From the human T2T-CHM13v2.0 reference genome, Homo sapiens, in NCBI RefSeq assembly GCF_009914755.1, contig NC_060926.1: a DNA stretch of 64,000 nt, one strand, 5' to 3'. The position numbers and the translations under genes were made by a program. This document shows, one piece after another, positions 31,968 to 45,396 of the stretch. The first letter of the stretch is position 1; each line of letters begins with the position of its first letter. Below the pieces are notes generated by a model. The model saw only the letters and a list, made by a program, of their open reading frames with translations. It made no database searches and was not told the origin of the DNA.

Positions 31968-31995
31968 CACAGTGGTAACGCCTTGAACACAAACC
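31968..31995 (+). other. Intact-looking 12-RSS of the pseudogene
   Basis: CACAGTG + GTAACGCCTTGA + ACACAAACC. Confidence 0.93.
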
Positions 31996-34224
31996 TCCTT
32001 GCTGGGGTGTCCCAACTGCCCACATGAGCTGCTGTCTGGGAGCAGCTCTGCAGGGTCTCTGAGTCTGCGGAAGAGGAGGCTGTTGGGGAACTCAGGGAAA
32101 GGGTTTGCTGCTGAAGACTCTGGCTCATGAGAGCCTCAGCTGTGCCTCAGTCACATATGTTAAGGTCCCATCAGCTGCCATGGCCTGGGGAAGACATCAT
32201 CAGGAGGAGAATTCTTGGGGGCCATGAGCCTTGGGAACAACCAGCTATGATGAAGGGAGAGTGAATGAAAGCTCATCCCTCCCTATCTTGCCTACATTTT
32301 TCAAGGACATTTACTTGTCAAAACAACCAGACCGTGGATGCAGATTAGTGACAACACAAGTGGAATACGTGTTGGAAATGACCAGCTTGGGGTTTATTTT
32401 ATACAAGATGATACTTGGTCCTATTGAGAAATCATTTTTTTCATTTCATTCTCCCAACCTTGTATCTTTTTTAGCACTCGTACACTAAACTGCCCTCTCC
32501 AGTGTCATGCTGGAGAAGGTATTCTACACAAGCTGTCCTCAGGGGAGTGTGGCAAAAAATAATTAGTAAAAATGTTTAGGTTTGACTATTCATAGACTTG
32601 GTAAACACATGGCAAATAAAAGATCTCAATGCCAAAATACTTCAATTCTCCTCAATTACCTTCATCCCAGTGAAAGTTCTTCCAGTTACAAAAGTGAGCT
32701 TTGAAAATAAACAGAATGAACTCACAGATGGACAACATAGACTCACTAAATATGTCACATGAATAATGCAGAATTACATAATATTTTTTCTTCTTACCCC
32801 AGTTTTAAGAATTTAAAAAGCATTTAACCTAAGTACTGTTTTAGAGGTGACAAATTTAGTGGTGTGTCCCCATGAGAAAATATTTCAAACATTACCAAAA
32901 TTCCTTGTTTACATATTACATCATCGTTCCTAGAAAATATATCTAAATCCTCTATTTTAGGTATAAAAGCAAAAAAAAGTAAGGTTTCAGTTGATTTCAC
33001 TTAAAATGGTATTTTAAATTTCCATCAAACTTAATGATGAGTCATGTCAGTTACATGACAGAACATGGTGTGATAGAGACAAAAGAATGATTGAAGGAAC
33101 AGAACAAGAAGCTTCTGCTTCAGCCTTAGGATTTGAAGTATATTGGAGATTATTTTCCATTCTGTGATAATGGATTCAATGGCCACTGCAACTAAAATTC
33201 CAAAGTGCCATTTCTATTAGGTTTCATAGATATAGGGCAAAATTTATGTAGAAATCAAGCAGACTGGAGCCCTCAAATTAAAAAACATTAGACACTTTTA
33301 AATATGCTATTTAAAAATCCTAATAAATACATCGTGGAGTGTAAATGATTTTACAGAATGCTATTTCAGAGAAACAAAGCGTAAGTAGCAAGAGCAGGAG
33401 CTGAGAAATGCCATCATCGTCTTTAGTACTCACGTGATTGACAGCACCTAGTCGCTGTAGATTCTGCTTTGATGTGAGACAGGGGATAAGGTCTAAACTC
33501 ACTCAAGATGTTTAGATGTATTTAACAAGGAAACAAACATACAGCCTACATGATTTTGATATCCCAAGGGCTATACTCTCAAATCAAAATGCTAAAAAAA
33601 TGATATCAAAGACAGAAAGGGGATTCAAGAAGAACCAGAGGATAATCAAATTTATTACAAAGAAGCCTCAAAAGCTCAGAGCACAGCCTACCTCCTTCCT
33701 CACAGCCTCTGCCCCCATTCCCATTCCTCAGCAGCATGGGGTGGAGCGGAGAGGAGAGAAAGCTGTTACCCCTAGAGAGCCTCTCTTTTCTTCTAAAGAC
33801 CTAAGAAAATTCCAGCTTTCCACCAGGGATAAATGTTCTTTTGCCTCAAGGATTCATTTGTGCAATTTTTTACTGTGTGAATCTCCTGATAAACTTGCAT
33901 TTTTGTTCGTTTTAATTTGAATATATATTTACACAATATTTGGAAATAATTTTTGAACATATAATCATATTGTGGCAGCCTATAGAAGTTGTCATTTACT
34001 GTTGGTAATTGTTGCTAAAAAGTCATCTGCAAATGAAAGACTTTCATCTGTGACTAACACACCTCCTCTGAAAGGAATCTGGCTTTTTCGTCTCTTCAGG
34101 CTCTTTTTAAGCTCTTCAATTGGCCTTTGGCTTTTTCAACATGTAATTTATTCAGTTTAATTTATTATTTATGCAAAATTAATGAATTAGTTTTCCCTAT
34201 TACAAAATAAAAAATCGTGTGTAT

Positions 34225-34256
34225 TGCTATGTCAAACACCTGCCCCTAGATGGCAA
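34225..34256 (+). promoter_or_regulatory. Putative CTCF site (module 2)
   Basis: Core CCCCTAGATGGCA preceded by TGCTATGTC at upstream-motif spacing. Confidence 0.55.
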
Positions 34257-34841
34257 ACAAATTCCACAGTACAAAAAGAGAATGCCATGAACTAAGAAAT
34301 ACTGGGAATGTAAGGATGATGGTGTCTCACTGTCAACAGGGAGCCCTTTGGCTGGAACAGGGTCTCATGTGTGACCTGGAGCACCTGGGAGGAGCTGCCA
34401 GGGCTAAATGGTGGGGAAAATCTGCTCTGTGCTCTGTGCGCTGAGACTGGAAGCTGGGCCCTGACCCCCAGTGTAGCTGCGAGAGATGATCGAGGTAGAT
34501 GGGGTTAAAGGAGGTCCTAAGCATGAGATCCCTTGCAATAGAATTAGTGCTCTTATCCGAATAGCAACCAGAGCTCTCCTCTTCCTTTCCTCCCTGTCTC
34601 TCCCTCTCTCTTCCCAACCCCCATCCCTTTTTCTCCATGGCTGTCTATGAACCAGGAAGAAAGTTCTTAACAGAATGTGTACCTGGTTGGACCTTGATCT
34701 TAGACTTCCAGCCACCAGAAATGTGAATATAAATTTCTATTGCTTAAGCCATCCAGGCTTTGGGATTTTGGCGTGGCAGTGCCAGCAGATTCACCCACCG
34801 TCCCAACCCTCTCTGAGCAGGATCAGCCTCAGGAGGCCCTC

Positions 34842-35942
34842 GTGGACATGGAGACACAGCTTTCCTCCTCTTCTGCTGCTGTCAGACTCTGGTGAGGAGG
34901 GAGGACTCAGGCTTCATCCTCAGTTTGGTTGCACTAAATACAAATGTTTCCTTCACCATCAGGTAACTAGCCTTTTTGCTTTCTGATTAGAATTACATCA
35001 AACTGCAGGAACAACTATGCCTATTTATACAAATGTACATATCACATTGTGAACCCAGAACATTTGAGACAGGTATAAGGTAATTTAGAAAGTTTATTTT
35101 GCCAAAGTTTAGGACACGTTCCTGTGACACAGCCTCAAGAGGTCCTGCAGGCATGTGGCCAAGGTGGTCAGAGCGTAGCTTGGTTTTAAACATTTCAGTG
35201 AGACATGAGACATCAATCAACATATATAAAATGAACATTGGTTTGGTCTGGAAAGGCAGGACAACTCCAAGCGAAAAGCAGGGCAACTGGAAGCAGGGAG
35301 GGGCTTTCAAGTCCCAGGTAGGTGAGAGAAAAACTTGCCTTCCTTTAAGTTTCTGATTAGCCTTTCCAGAACAGGTAATTAGATATGCATTTATCTCAGG
35401 GACCAGAGGGCTGACTTTGAAAACAATGGGAGGCAGATTTGCCCTATTCAGTTCCCAGCTAGAATTTTCCCTTTAGCTTAGTGATTTGGGGAGCCCAAGA
35501 TATTTTCCTTTCACAATATTTATTCGTAATATAGATGCATAGTAGATACAAAGATATCACTGCAATTTACATCTATAATATTATACATATTTAATATACA
35601 AAGTTTGTTACAAATGCATATATACATATACACATAATTTTATGTTTATTTAGCACGTGCTCCTTTTTTTTTCTAACTATAACAGAATCAGGCTCAGTCA
35701 GGACTCTGCGGACATTTGCTGACCTCTTTGGCTCCAGCACAGTCCTGGTCATTGAGAGCCAGTGAGAACAGAGCTGAGAGCAGCCCACCCCAGGAGCTTG
35801 GGCCCAGCCCCAAGGCCCTTGTCTCTGAGACTTTCCTCCTGGTGGCAGGCTCTGGGCTTGAAGCAGTGCCCATGAGTGTGTGAGCAGTTTCCTTCCCTGA
35901 AGCCCCTGTGAGGCAGACCTGTGGGCAGAGCCTTTGGTTCCC
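34842..35942 (+). pseudogene. Relic Vkappa gene, module 2 (leader 34842-34891; V remnant ~35711-35942)
   Basis: Leader paralogous to 15826 with GTGAG donor; GACATTTGCTGACC, AGAGCCAGTGAG, CCTGAAG, TGTGGGCAGAGCCTTTGGTTCCC (CGQSLWFP). Confidence 0.55.
35048..35515 (-). mobile_element. ERV1 solo LTR, MER4A-like
   Basis: TGTGAACCCAGAACATTTGAGACAGG...CCCAAGATATTTTCCTTTCACA (reverse of the MER4A start TGTGAAAGGAAAATATCTTGGG). Confidence 0.8.
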
Positions 35943-37754
35943 AGGTCCTCAGCCCCTTGTCTCAGTAGAGCAGCTGCTTCCTCCACAGCCCAGGGCCAGA
36001 GCCCAGCAGCTTTCAGACAGTGCAAGTCTGACCTTAGCCCTGATTTAAGGATCTTATTATAAATGTCTCTACAAGTATTCTGGTAACTGAAAGTATGTCC
36101 TTGACTTACATAAATGCATAGGCTACATTTCCACAATTGCTGAAACTAACAAGGTCATGTGAGAAATTTAAAATTTGACTTCGTTTTCATCCTCAGGGCC
36201 CGGCTTCTTCGAATGTTGCAGTATGAAGATGCACCTAGCTTTTCTCCTCCTCATACAACTTTCCTTAAAAGCACAGTGGAATTTAAAATTTTGTCACCTA
36301 CAGAGCAGCCACCCTCTCCTCTTTTAGTGTATAGGGCGCTGTCTCTGTCCTGCTGTGCATGACAAGGACACTGAGCCGCTCCCAGCCCAGGAAAGGAGCA
36401 AGGTTTAGGTGGACATGTGATCAGCTCCACAATGAGATGTCATGGGTGTGAAGGAGGGGCAGGACTTCTGGAGAAAATGGTGATCCGTCATAAAAAGAGG
36501 GGTGATGAAGAGCTTTGCCCTTCATTTCCTCTTTGGGCAGTTACCAGAGGACATGAAGCTTACAGTCCCTGCAGCCTTCTTGAGACCATGAGATGTTGAG
36601 CCCAAGACAGAAAAACCAATGTGGTCAAGTTTACCAAGCAGTAATGTAGAAAGAATCTGGGGCCTTTCTCCTGTCACCAAGCTGCTGTATTAACCCTGAA
36701 TGTGCCAAACTTCAGATCTCTTCTCATTGCTTAAGCCATTGTTATTCTTTCACTTGTTTCTAAAATTATTGTCGCTTATCCTTGAATGATACTGAAGAAA
36801 AAGAGCCTCGTTGGCCATAGACCTGCCCTTTAGGAGAAGAAATGCATTATCATGCGTGTGTATGTGTGTGTTTGTGGGTGTCAAAGGCAGTAAAAGCAAG
36901 AACCAGAATAAGTGATGTCCTTTCCTGACATCTTGGCTCTGCTGTATTTATAGCTAAGGAAACCCAAACCACTGCAAAGAGTTCATAATTTCTGCTCTCT
37001 TCCTGTCTCAGTTTCATGTTTTATATCTTAAGGATGAACATCTTTTTGTTGTCCCTAATTCCTCCCTCCTTTATGATCATGAAATTAAAATAGTGGTCAA
37101 GAAAGAGACAAGAACACTTGAAGAAGACATAAAATCTGTGGACTGTACACATCTCCTCAACAGCGACATCATGCTAGCAGTTTTCTCCTTCTTCTCAGTG
37201 GTTTTTGATGGGAAGATGCTAACTCCTCCAACCAGGTATCTATCAGAGGTTGCGTTTGGAGGGCTTACAAAGAAAAGCTTCCAGGCAGTTAGTGCTGGAT
37301 TCTGGGGAGTGTAGCAGGAGGGTGAGTCTGGATTCCCAGCATGGGGAGGCCAGAGTGAATTCTGAGAAAGGCTGTGCATGTGGGAAGAAAAGAATTAGAA
37401 CTCAGAACTGTGGTCACAACCTTAGGAGCCAAAGAATGAGACACTAACACAAATGCAGCTCAGAGACAACTCAGACTAAAAGTGTTATGATCAATTGTCA
37501 TCTTGTTTGTCTTTCTAATACCACACATAAAGAGTAGGTAGAATTGTTTACAGTGGAAGCTATGCACATGAAACCCCACTGCCCTTAGTGATGCACTTGC
37601 TTGTTGTAGAATAAATATTGAAGAATTTGAATTGAAAGTGATGTCTGGCTAGTAATATCTTACATAGCCTTTTTATTCCAGCATGGTCAAGGGTACATAA
37701 AAAGAGGACTGGATATATATATATTAGAAAGATAAACAAGATGACAATTGATCA

Positions 37755-37815
37755 TACATATATATATATATTTACACACACACACACATACACACACACA
37801 CACACACACACATAC
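37755..37815. repeat. (TA)n(CA)n microsatellite
   Basis: directly visible. Confidence 0.9.
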
Positions 37816-39191
37816 TTCAAGGCCCATCATCTGATTAAGTCCTCAGGAGACCCCTTGATATACACAGTGTTCCATTTCACAGATGAAGAAACCAATGATC
37901 AGAGCTCATGGATGGTTTATGCAAAATCACATGATCAGCACATGTGGGCTGGAATTTGAACCCAAGTCTGTGTGGCTTTATTATATTTCTTTCATGCAGC
38001 CACTTTCATCCCATAGTTGAGCCCACAGTCTATAATAAGGGAGAAGACACCGTAGGGACAGTGTGGACTCCACAGCTTCCTGCTCTCTCTGTCTTACACC
38101 ATGCTGACCTTAATCGTAAACTAGCCCCATCTGCAGTTTTCCCTAGAAAACACAACTCTGTCAATGTCTTTGTGAGTTGCAAATGACTTTATTTTGGACT
38201 TGTGAGGAAGGACACATCTTTCTTTTCTCTGGCCCCTTCTACATCTCCTCTTTCTCTTCCAATTTCCCTGGCTCAGTCTGTCCCTCTCAGAATGTGTTCT
38301 GCAAGTCTAATTTGCCCTCCTAATATAAAAACAAACCAAAGAACAATCTCCCCTCCTCTCACGTGCTATGACAGCTGATCTCTAGGCTCTCAGATACCCA
38401 GATTGTTCCAGAGCCAATCAAGGGATCTGACCCAAGACATTTTCTGCCTTAGAGGAATTCTGGTGCTACCTCCTCTCAAAATAATATGTTCTCTGTCTTT
38501 TCAAAATTGACGGGAAATTATTACAAGGTGAAGATATTTGGGAGAACAAGAACAGCCATGCACTGAGGAGATAAAAGCCATCTCTTCCTCTTGCATTAAT
38601 ATCCTATTGCTGTTGGAACAAATTAGTATGACCTCACTGGCTTCATACAACACAAATGTATTATCTTACAGTTCTGAAAGTCAGAAGTCTCACTGAACTA
38701 AAATCAAAGAGTGAGCAGGGCTGTATTATTTCTGAAGGCTCCAAGGAAGAGAATTGGATACTAAGTTTTCATCTTCAAGATCTCTCAGATTCCTTGCTTC
38801 TTGGCCCCATTCTGCCACAACAGCATTCCCCTCCATTGTCCGGGCTCCTCTCCAATTGTGACCCTCCTGTATTTTCTATTATAAGGACCTTGTGATTACA
38901 TTGGTTTGAGACAGGCAATCTAGGATACTCTCCTCATGTCAAATTTCTTAACTGAATCACATCTGCCGAGTTCCTCTTGACATATAAGGTAACATTCATA
39001 GATTCCAAATATTAGGACATAAATATAATTAGGGTGGGGGGTCCTTATTTATCCCCAAAACAACTCCCATTATTCCCACAACTGCCCACCCCTAAAGTCA
39101 AATGAAAATTCACAAGGCTGTTTTATGAGGCAAGGAAGCAGGAAATAATTTGTGATTTGGAGACTCTCTGACCTGTGGGTTTTAAGAGTAG

Positions 39192-39542
<351 letters not shown>

Positions 39543-39642
39543 TGTGTGCTGCTATTTTAAGAAGCTTCTTTTATTTTGTGAGTCAGAAGAAAGGGATTAC
39601 TGCATAAATCAAATTTAAGATAGATGGGCAAAAAGAAATTTA

Positions 39643-40071
<429 letters not shown>

Positions 40072-40295
40072 CTATGCATGCAGCATATTTACAATGGGAG
40101 GGAAGGAGGAAAGTGAGGCAGAGAACAGAGGTTGAAGGTTAAAGTCACCTCAACAAGCCACCTAACTCTTAGGATAACTGAAGCTCAACCCCATTTGGAA
40201 ACACGGGGAAAATGTCCCTGGGCTATTCTAGCTGAGAGGGGAGGGAGCTGGGGTATGTATACATATCCTTCTGTCATCACCAATTGAGGGCTGTC

Positions 40296-41471
40296 TGTCT
40301 AAGTCTGTTTTGTGCTGCTATAACAGAATACCTGAGACTGGGTAATCAGTAAAGAACATTCTGTCACATTTCTGGAGGATGGGAAGTCAAAGATTGAGTA
40401 ACTAGCAGCTTGGGATCCAATTTCTGTGCTTTCAAGATGGAATTTGAATGCTGAGTCCTTCAGAGAGAAGGAAGGCCATGCCCTGGCCTGACAATAGCAG
40501 AAGTGAGAGACTGGGAGCTCGCTCTCATAATTGAGATAGTTCAGGGATCTGACCCCTTCTTAGGGGTCTTTGAAGCTTCCCCAGACATGGAAATAAAGGA
40601 AAATCTTGGGTCTTTTCAAGGGAAATGTTAGGTGTCCAGCTAAGCCTTGAGAAGTAAACAAGCAACATGAGAAGCAAGGAGACGATAATAGACTAAAACA
40701 ATAGTCAAAGAAGCTAAAAATCACATTATGTTTTATTCCTCTACAGAAACTAAAGAGAACATCTCAGCATATGTCTCTGAGTTGTTTTTCAGAAACCCAG
40801 ATCTCCAACAAATGGATCCGCCAGCACATAGACTTCACATAAGGGGAAACAGGGGACTGAAATTTGACCATGGTTCTTTGTTCTGAATTTCCACCTGAGG
40901 GGCCTGGAGAAAGTCACACCCACAGGCCAGAGCCAACATTCCTTTGTGCTGACCCCAATTTTTAAACAAAGCTTTTCTTCCTTAATCAATTGCACATCAG
41001 AAAATTTTTCAATCTACTCATGACCTGTAAGATATTCTGCTGCTTCATGATATCCTGCCCTCTTAGGCCAAAGCCAATGTGTAACCTCCATGTATTGATT
41101 TACAATTTTGCCTGTAACTTTTGATTCCCTGAAACTTACCTGGGCTTTTAAAAGCCATTATTTGTAAGCCATTAGAGAGATCAAGATTTAAGCATTAGCT
41201 GTCTGGTCCTCTTTGCTTGACGTCCTGCAAATAAATGTCTTTTTTCTCCTACTGCAAACTCAGTTTGGATAACTGGTTTTACTGCACTGAGCAAGCTGAA
41301 TCCAGTTTGGTTCCATAATAAAAGCCCTTTTTATAGTAGCATTAATCTATTCATAAGGGCAGAACCTTCAGTATTTAAACACTTCTCATTAGGCCCCACC
41401 TCTCAATTCTGTTGCATTATGGATTAAATTAACAGTGGATGAAATTGAGGGGATACAGTGAAACCATAGCA
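40296..41471 (-). mobile_element. MaLR LTR (MST-type) with 5-bp TSD, interrupted by a nested LTR
   Basis: TGTCTAAGTCTGTTTTGTGCTGCTATAACAGAATACCTGAGACTGGG...AAACCATAGCA flanked by CTGTC/CTGTC. Confidence 0.85.
40532..41319 (+). mobile_element. ERV1 LTR (MER39-like) nested in the MST
   Basis: TGAGATAGTTCAGGGATCTGACCCCTTCTTAGGGG...AATAAA...GTTTGGTTCCATAATA. Confidence 0.6.
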
Positions 41472-41701
41472 CTGTCTGAGGAAAGACTCATTCCAAGCCC
41501 TGTGGTCTGCCATGCGTGTAGGCGGAGCTGCCTTTCTCAGAGAGGGCAGAGATGGCCATGGGGAATCAGCAGAAGTACGGTGAAAGGGAAAGTCCTCAGT
41601 GCAGACAGGGACTGCTCCAACCGTTTAGAAAAAAGCACCTGTATTTTCCACCTGGAGCTGCAACCTTCTGGAATGGTGTTTCCTGGCAGGTCAGTTGCAA
41701 A

Positions 41702-42239
41702 TGAAGGAATCTGGGAAGTAACATCTCAAGATATGCTACATTGGTATTGTGATTGCTTCAAACTGAAGGTGTTTAGAAAACAACAAATATATAAAGGGGC
41801 TTTTCCTAAATCTCCCTTACCTGTCTAAGGGCAGTTTCTCCAGAAGGAAGCCAATTGTCATGAAAACCCTCCCTGGGAATGTTTATCTACCAGGGAATAT
41901 TAACATGCACTAGAAGTTAAATCCAGAAAAGATTGAATGTTGACTTTATCCAGACAGGCTACTACCTATCCTTTTCAGGACCCTTTTCTTTTATTTTAGG
42001 TTATTTACTCTCCCTTAGTTGTCTATACTCTCTACTTCCCTCTTCCCTATAAAGGATGTAGAAGCACCTGGACCTCACTGGGTTATTTGGGTAATCCCTC
42101 TCGTGTGTTATCCCCACACCCCCACCCCACATGTTAAATACATTTGTTTGCCTTTTTTTCTATTAATTTGTCTTTTGTCTATTCATTTTCAGCAAACCTT
42201 TAGAAGGTTTGCTTTTCTCTTTCCCCTTTTCCCTCTACA
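41702..42239 (+). mobile_element. ERV1 LTR (MER34-group-like)
   Basis: Absent from the paralogous blocks at ~20.2 kb and ~53.0 kb; TG...CTCTACA ends; its 3' end recurs at ~720-827. Confidence 0.55.
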
Positions 42240-43351
42240 AAAGCAAGTTCCCTTAACATTCAGGTCCCTGAATAGACAGAAGGAGGGTGTGTGCAGAGCT
42301 TACACCACAGTGATTTGACCACTCCTAGTCAGGCATGAGTAATACTTTCCAGAACCCAGGCTACAGCCCACAGACGCTGATGTAGTTGAATGCTGCTGCT
42401 GAAGCAGGCTGAGATGTCTTGGGCCCTGTTAGAGATGTGAGATATGATTGGGTGCAAATCCATTACCAGTTTTATTAGGATCCAATTAATTTCTCCATAT
42501 GTATGGAAATTTGCTTGATAAGAGGTGGAGACTCTGTTCTGGATGTGAGACAGGAGGCTGGTATGTGGATCAGAATGATGTTCCCACTCACTGCTAAAAA
42601 GTAAAAGAGGAAAGTGGCATTCATCGTGCAAGGCAGGGACATGCACTGAGCAGCAGCTGCCCTCACTGGGAGGGAGGACTTACTGTCCTGATCTTTTCCA
42701 AAGTCTCTCCATCACCTGCTCTCCAGAAATCCAGGATTCAGAGGAGCTGTACCTGAGCACCCAGGAACATGCTGGTGGGGAGTTCAGCATTACTCAGGGG
42801 ATGCAATCTTGGTCTTCCTACTTGTGGAGACAACTGAACCCTGGATAATTTCAAGTTTATCCTAATCCAGACTCTGATAAATGCAGGAAGAAACTAGTTA
42901 TTTAAGTCAATCAGATCTGGCATCACTAGTCAGCTCTTCATGCTGAGAACCCCTGGGAAATAATACTTAATGGCAGAAGAGAGGGTAAAATATAGAGATC
43001 ACCAAACCAAAAATAAGATGCAGCTTATATAATCTCTGGGTATTAAGGTGGCTTACAGGTTTAAATAATGGTGAATCTGTGAGTGATACCGGCCTTGAGG
43101 ACTTGTGGTTTCATTTTTATGCATCTGTAGTGAATTGCGTGACCATACAGTCATGTAAGAATGGCTTAAGGTCATTACAAAATACTTTCAAATATATTTA
43201 GCATTATCTTGTAAAATTGTCTCTTTTTTTTAAGAAGGAACCATTTCACTCTCACAGAAATGTTATAAGTATGGAACAAAGTATCCTCTCCTTTGCAGAG
43301 TATATTCAAGACTTGATGTTCCCACCCTCTAAAACTTTACTGAGTTTCCTA

Positions 43352-43669
<318 letters not shown>

Positions 43670-43874
43670 TTAATTAATCCCCATATACAAATAGAAAACA
43701 TTACTTCATCGAGTACTCAAGAGTATTTCAAATATTAACAATTATTAAAAAAAAAAGTTCTTTGTTACAAAACGGCCCCAAGAGGAAACATGTTCTTACA
43801 GACAAATCTGTGCTACCCTCCTCTGACTTGGGACACTGGGGACACGAGGGACTGGCTCAGAGATGAGCCAGCCC

Positions 43875-43916
43875 CGCAGCTGTGCCCAGCCTGCCCCAAC
43901 CCCTGCTGATTTGCAT
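43875..43916 (+). promoter_or_regulatory. Vkappa1 promoter: pentadecamer-like E-box and octamer
   Basis: CGCAGCTGTGCCCAG; ATTTGCAT 43909-43916. Confidence 0.88.
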
Positions 43917-44003
43917 GTTCCCAGAGCACAGCCCCCTGCCCTGAAGTCTTCTTAACAGGCTGGTCACACCCCGTGCAGCAGTCAGTCCCAGTCAGGACAC
44001 AGC

Positions 44004-44480
44004 ATGGACATGAGGGTCCCCGCTCAGCTCCTGGGGCTCCTACTGCTCTGGGTCCCAGGTAAGGAAGGAGAACACTAGGAATTTACTCAGCTGGTGCGCT
44101 CAGTATAGCCTGGCTCTTCAGGGAGGTCTTCTTATAACATGATGGATTGAATGGATGTTTGTTTTTATATTTCCAATCTCAGGTGCCAGATGTGACATCC
44201 AGTTGACCCAGTCTCCATCCTCCCTGTCTGCATCTGTAGGAGACAGAGTCACCATCACTTGCCGGGTGAGTCAGGGCATTAGCAGTTATTTAAATTGGTA
44301 TCGGCAGAAACCAGGGAAAGTTCCTAAGCTCCTGATCTATAGTGCATCCAATTTGCAATCTGGAGTCCCATCTCGGTTCAGTGGCAGTGGATCTGGGACA
44401 GATTTCACTCTCACTATCAGCAGCCTGCAGCCTGAAGATGTTGCAACTTATTACGGTCAACGGACTTACAATGCCCCTCC
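44004..44480 (+). CDS. IGKV1D-37: Vkappa1 segment, open frame but second conserved Cys replaced by Gly (IGKV1D-37 / IGKV1-37, ORF/non-functional); leader 44004-44058, V exon 44183-44480
   Basis: [18 protein letters not shown]|GT; [39 protein letters not shown]...[12 protein letters not shown]; GGT at 44455-44457. Confidence 0.93.
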
Positions 44481-44508
44481 CACAGTGTTACAAGGCATAA
44501 CATAAACC
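44481..44508 (+). other. 12-RSS of IGKV1(D)-37
   Basis: CACAGTG + TTACAAGGCATA + ACATAAACC. Confidence 0.96.
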
Positions 44509-44647
44509 CCCCAAGGAAGCAGATGTATGGGGCTGGCCTGCCCCAGATACTCCTCCTACTGCCTCCAGCTGCTCAGAGCGTTTCTCATATTCCAGTCAAG
44601 CTTTGAAAGTCACTGAAAAGTTTTGATGGAAGGGGCCATGAAGACTC

Positions 44648-44809
44648 TGAAACTGCCTTTGCAAAAATCATAACTGAGAAAATTATGACGGTGGAAGATA
44701 TTACACAGCCAGCTCTGTGTGAATTACTCTTTCACTACTGCTATTGCCGTGTCTTGATAAATCGACTCTGTCTAAGCAGCAGGCAAGGTGAACCCCTTGG
44801 GCGATTACA
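44648..44809 (+). mobile_element. Internally deleted ERV1 solo LTR (LTR8-like)
   Basis: TGAAACTGCCTTTGCAAAAAT...GGTGAACCCCTTGGGCGATTACA with 4-bp TSD ACTC/ACTC. Confidence 0.8.
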
Positions 44810-45396
44810 ACTCCTCTATACCTTAACTGTTTTTCCTTCTCATCCCCTGCAGCACAAACATGGTAATACTGTTCCTGATTTCATTAAGAAAAGAGACGAT
44901 TACACCTGAGTCTTGGCTATGGTGTGAGTTGGAATCAATACCACAAAGGAAAACCTACTCTTGGAATTCCAAGTCTATTTTTTTTTTTCTAAATACACGC
45001 AATGAGAGTCTAAACTACAGCCTCTGGGAGGCTTGGGAGCATGGTACTCAAAGATGCAAATAATTAGAAAACGATTCTCTGGATCTCCCCAAGAATCCAG
45101 AGAGCATCTGGTGCAGAAGGTATAATTGCCAATCATGTGGTCCTCAGACATGTCTGGGAAGCCCATGTTCGGGGCTGTTGATGCGCTGCCTGGAGGACCT
45201 TCCTGATTTTCTATGGCATCTGCTTACAATTGACCAGCCCCCTATTCAAAGCTTGCCGTGTTGCATCTCAACTCTTGTCCGTGGGACCCCAAGTCTCTAG
45301 CCACATCCAATTCTTCACAGAAGCTGGATGTATGTGCCAGGGCAAGGAGAACTGGGTGGGAGGTGAGTCTGTGGGCTCCACAGCTTCACGTGTTTA

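Noticed and set aside
35591-36136. 181-aa minus-strand ORF, longest in the window
   Set aside because: Antisense to a relic V remnant, no recognisable domain, not preserved at this length in the module-3 paralog.
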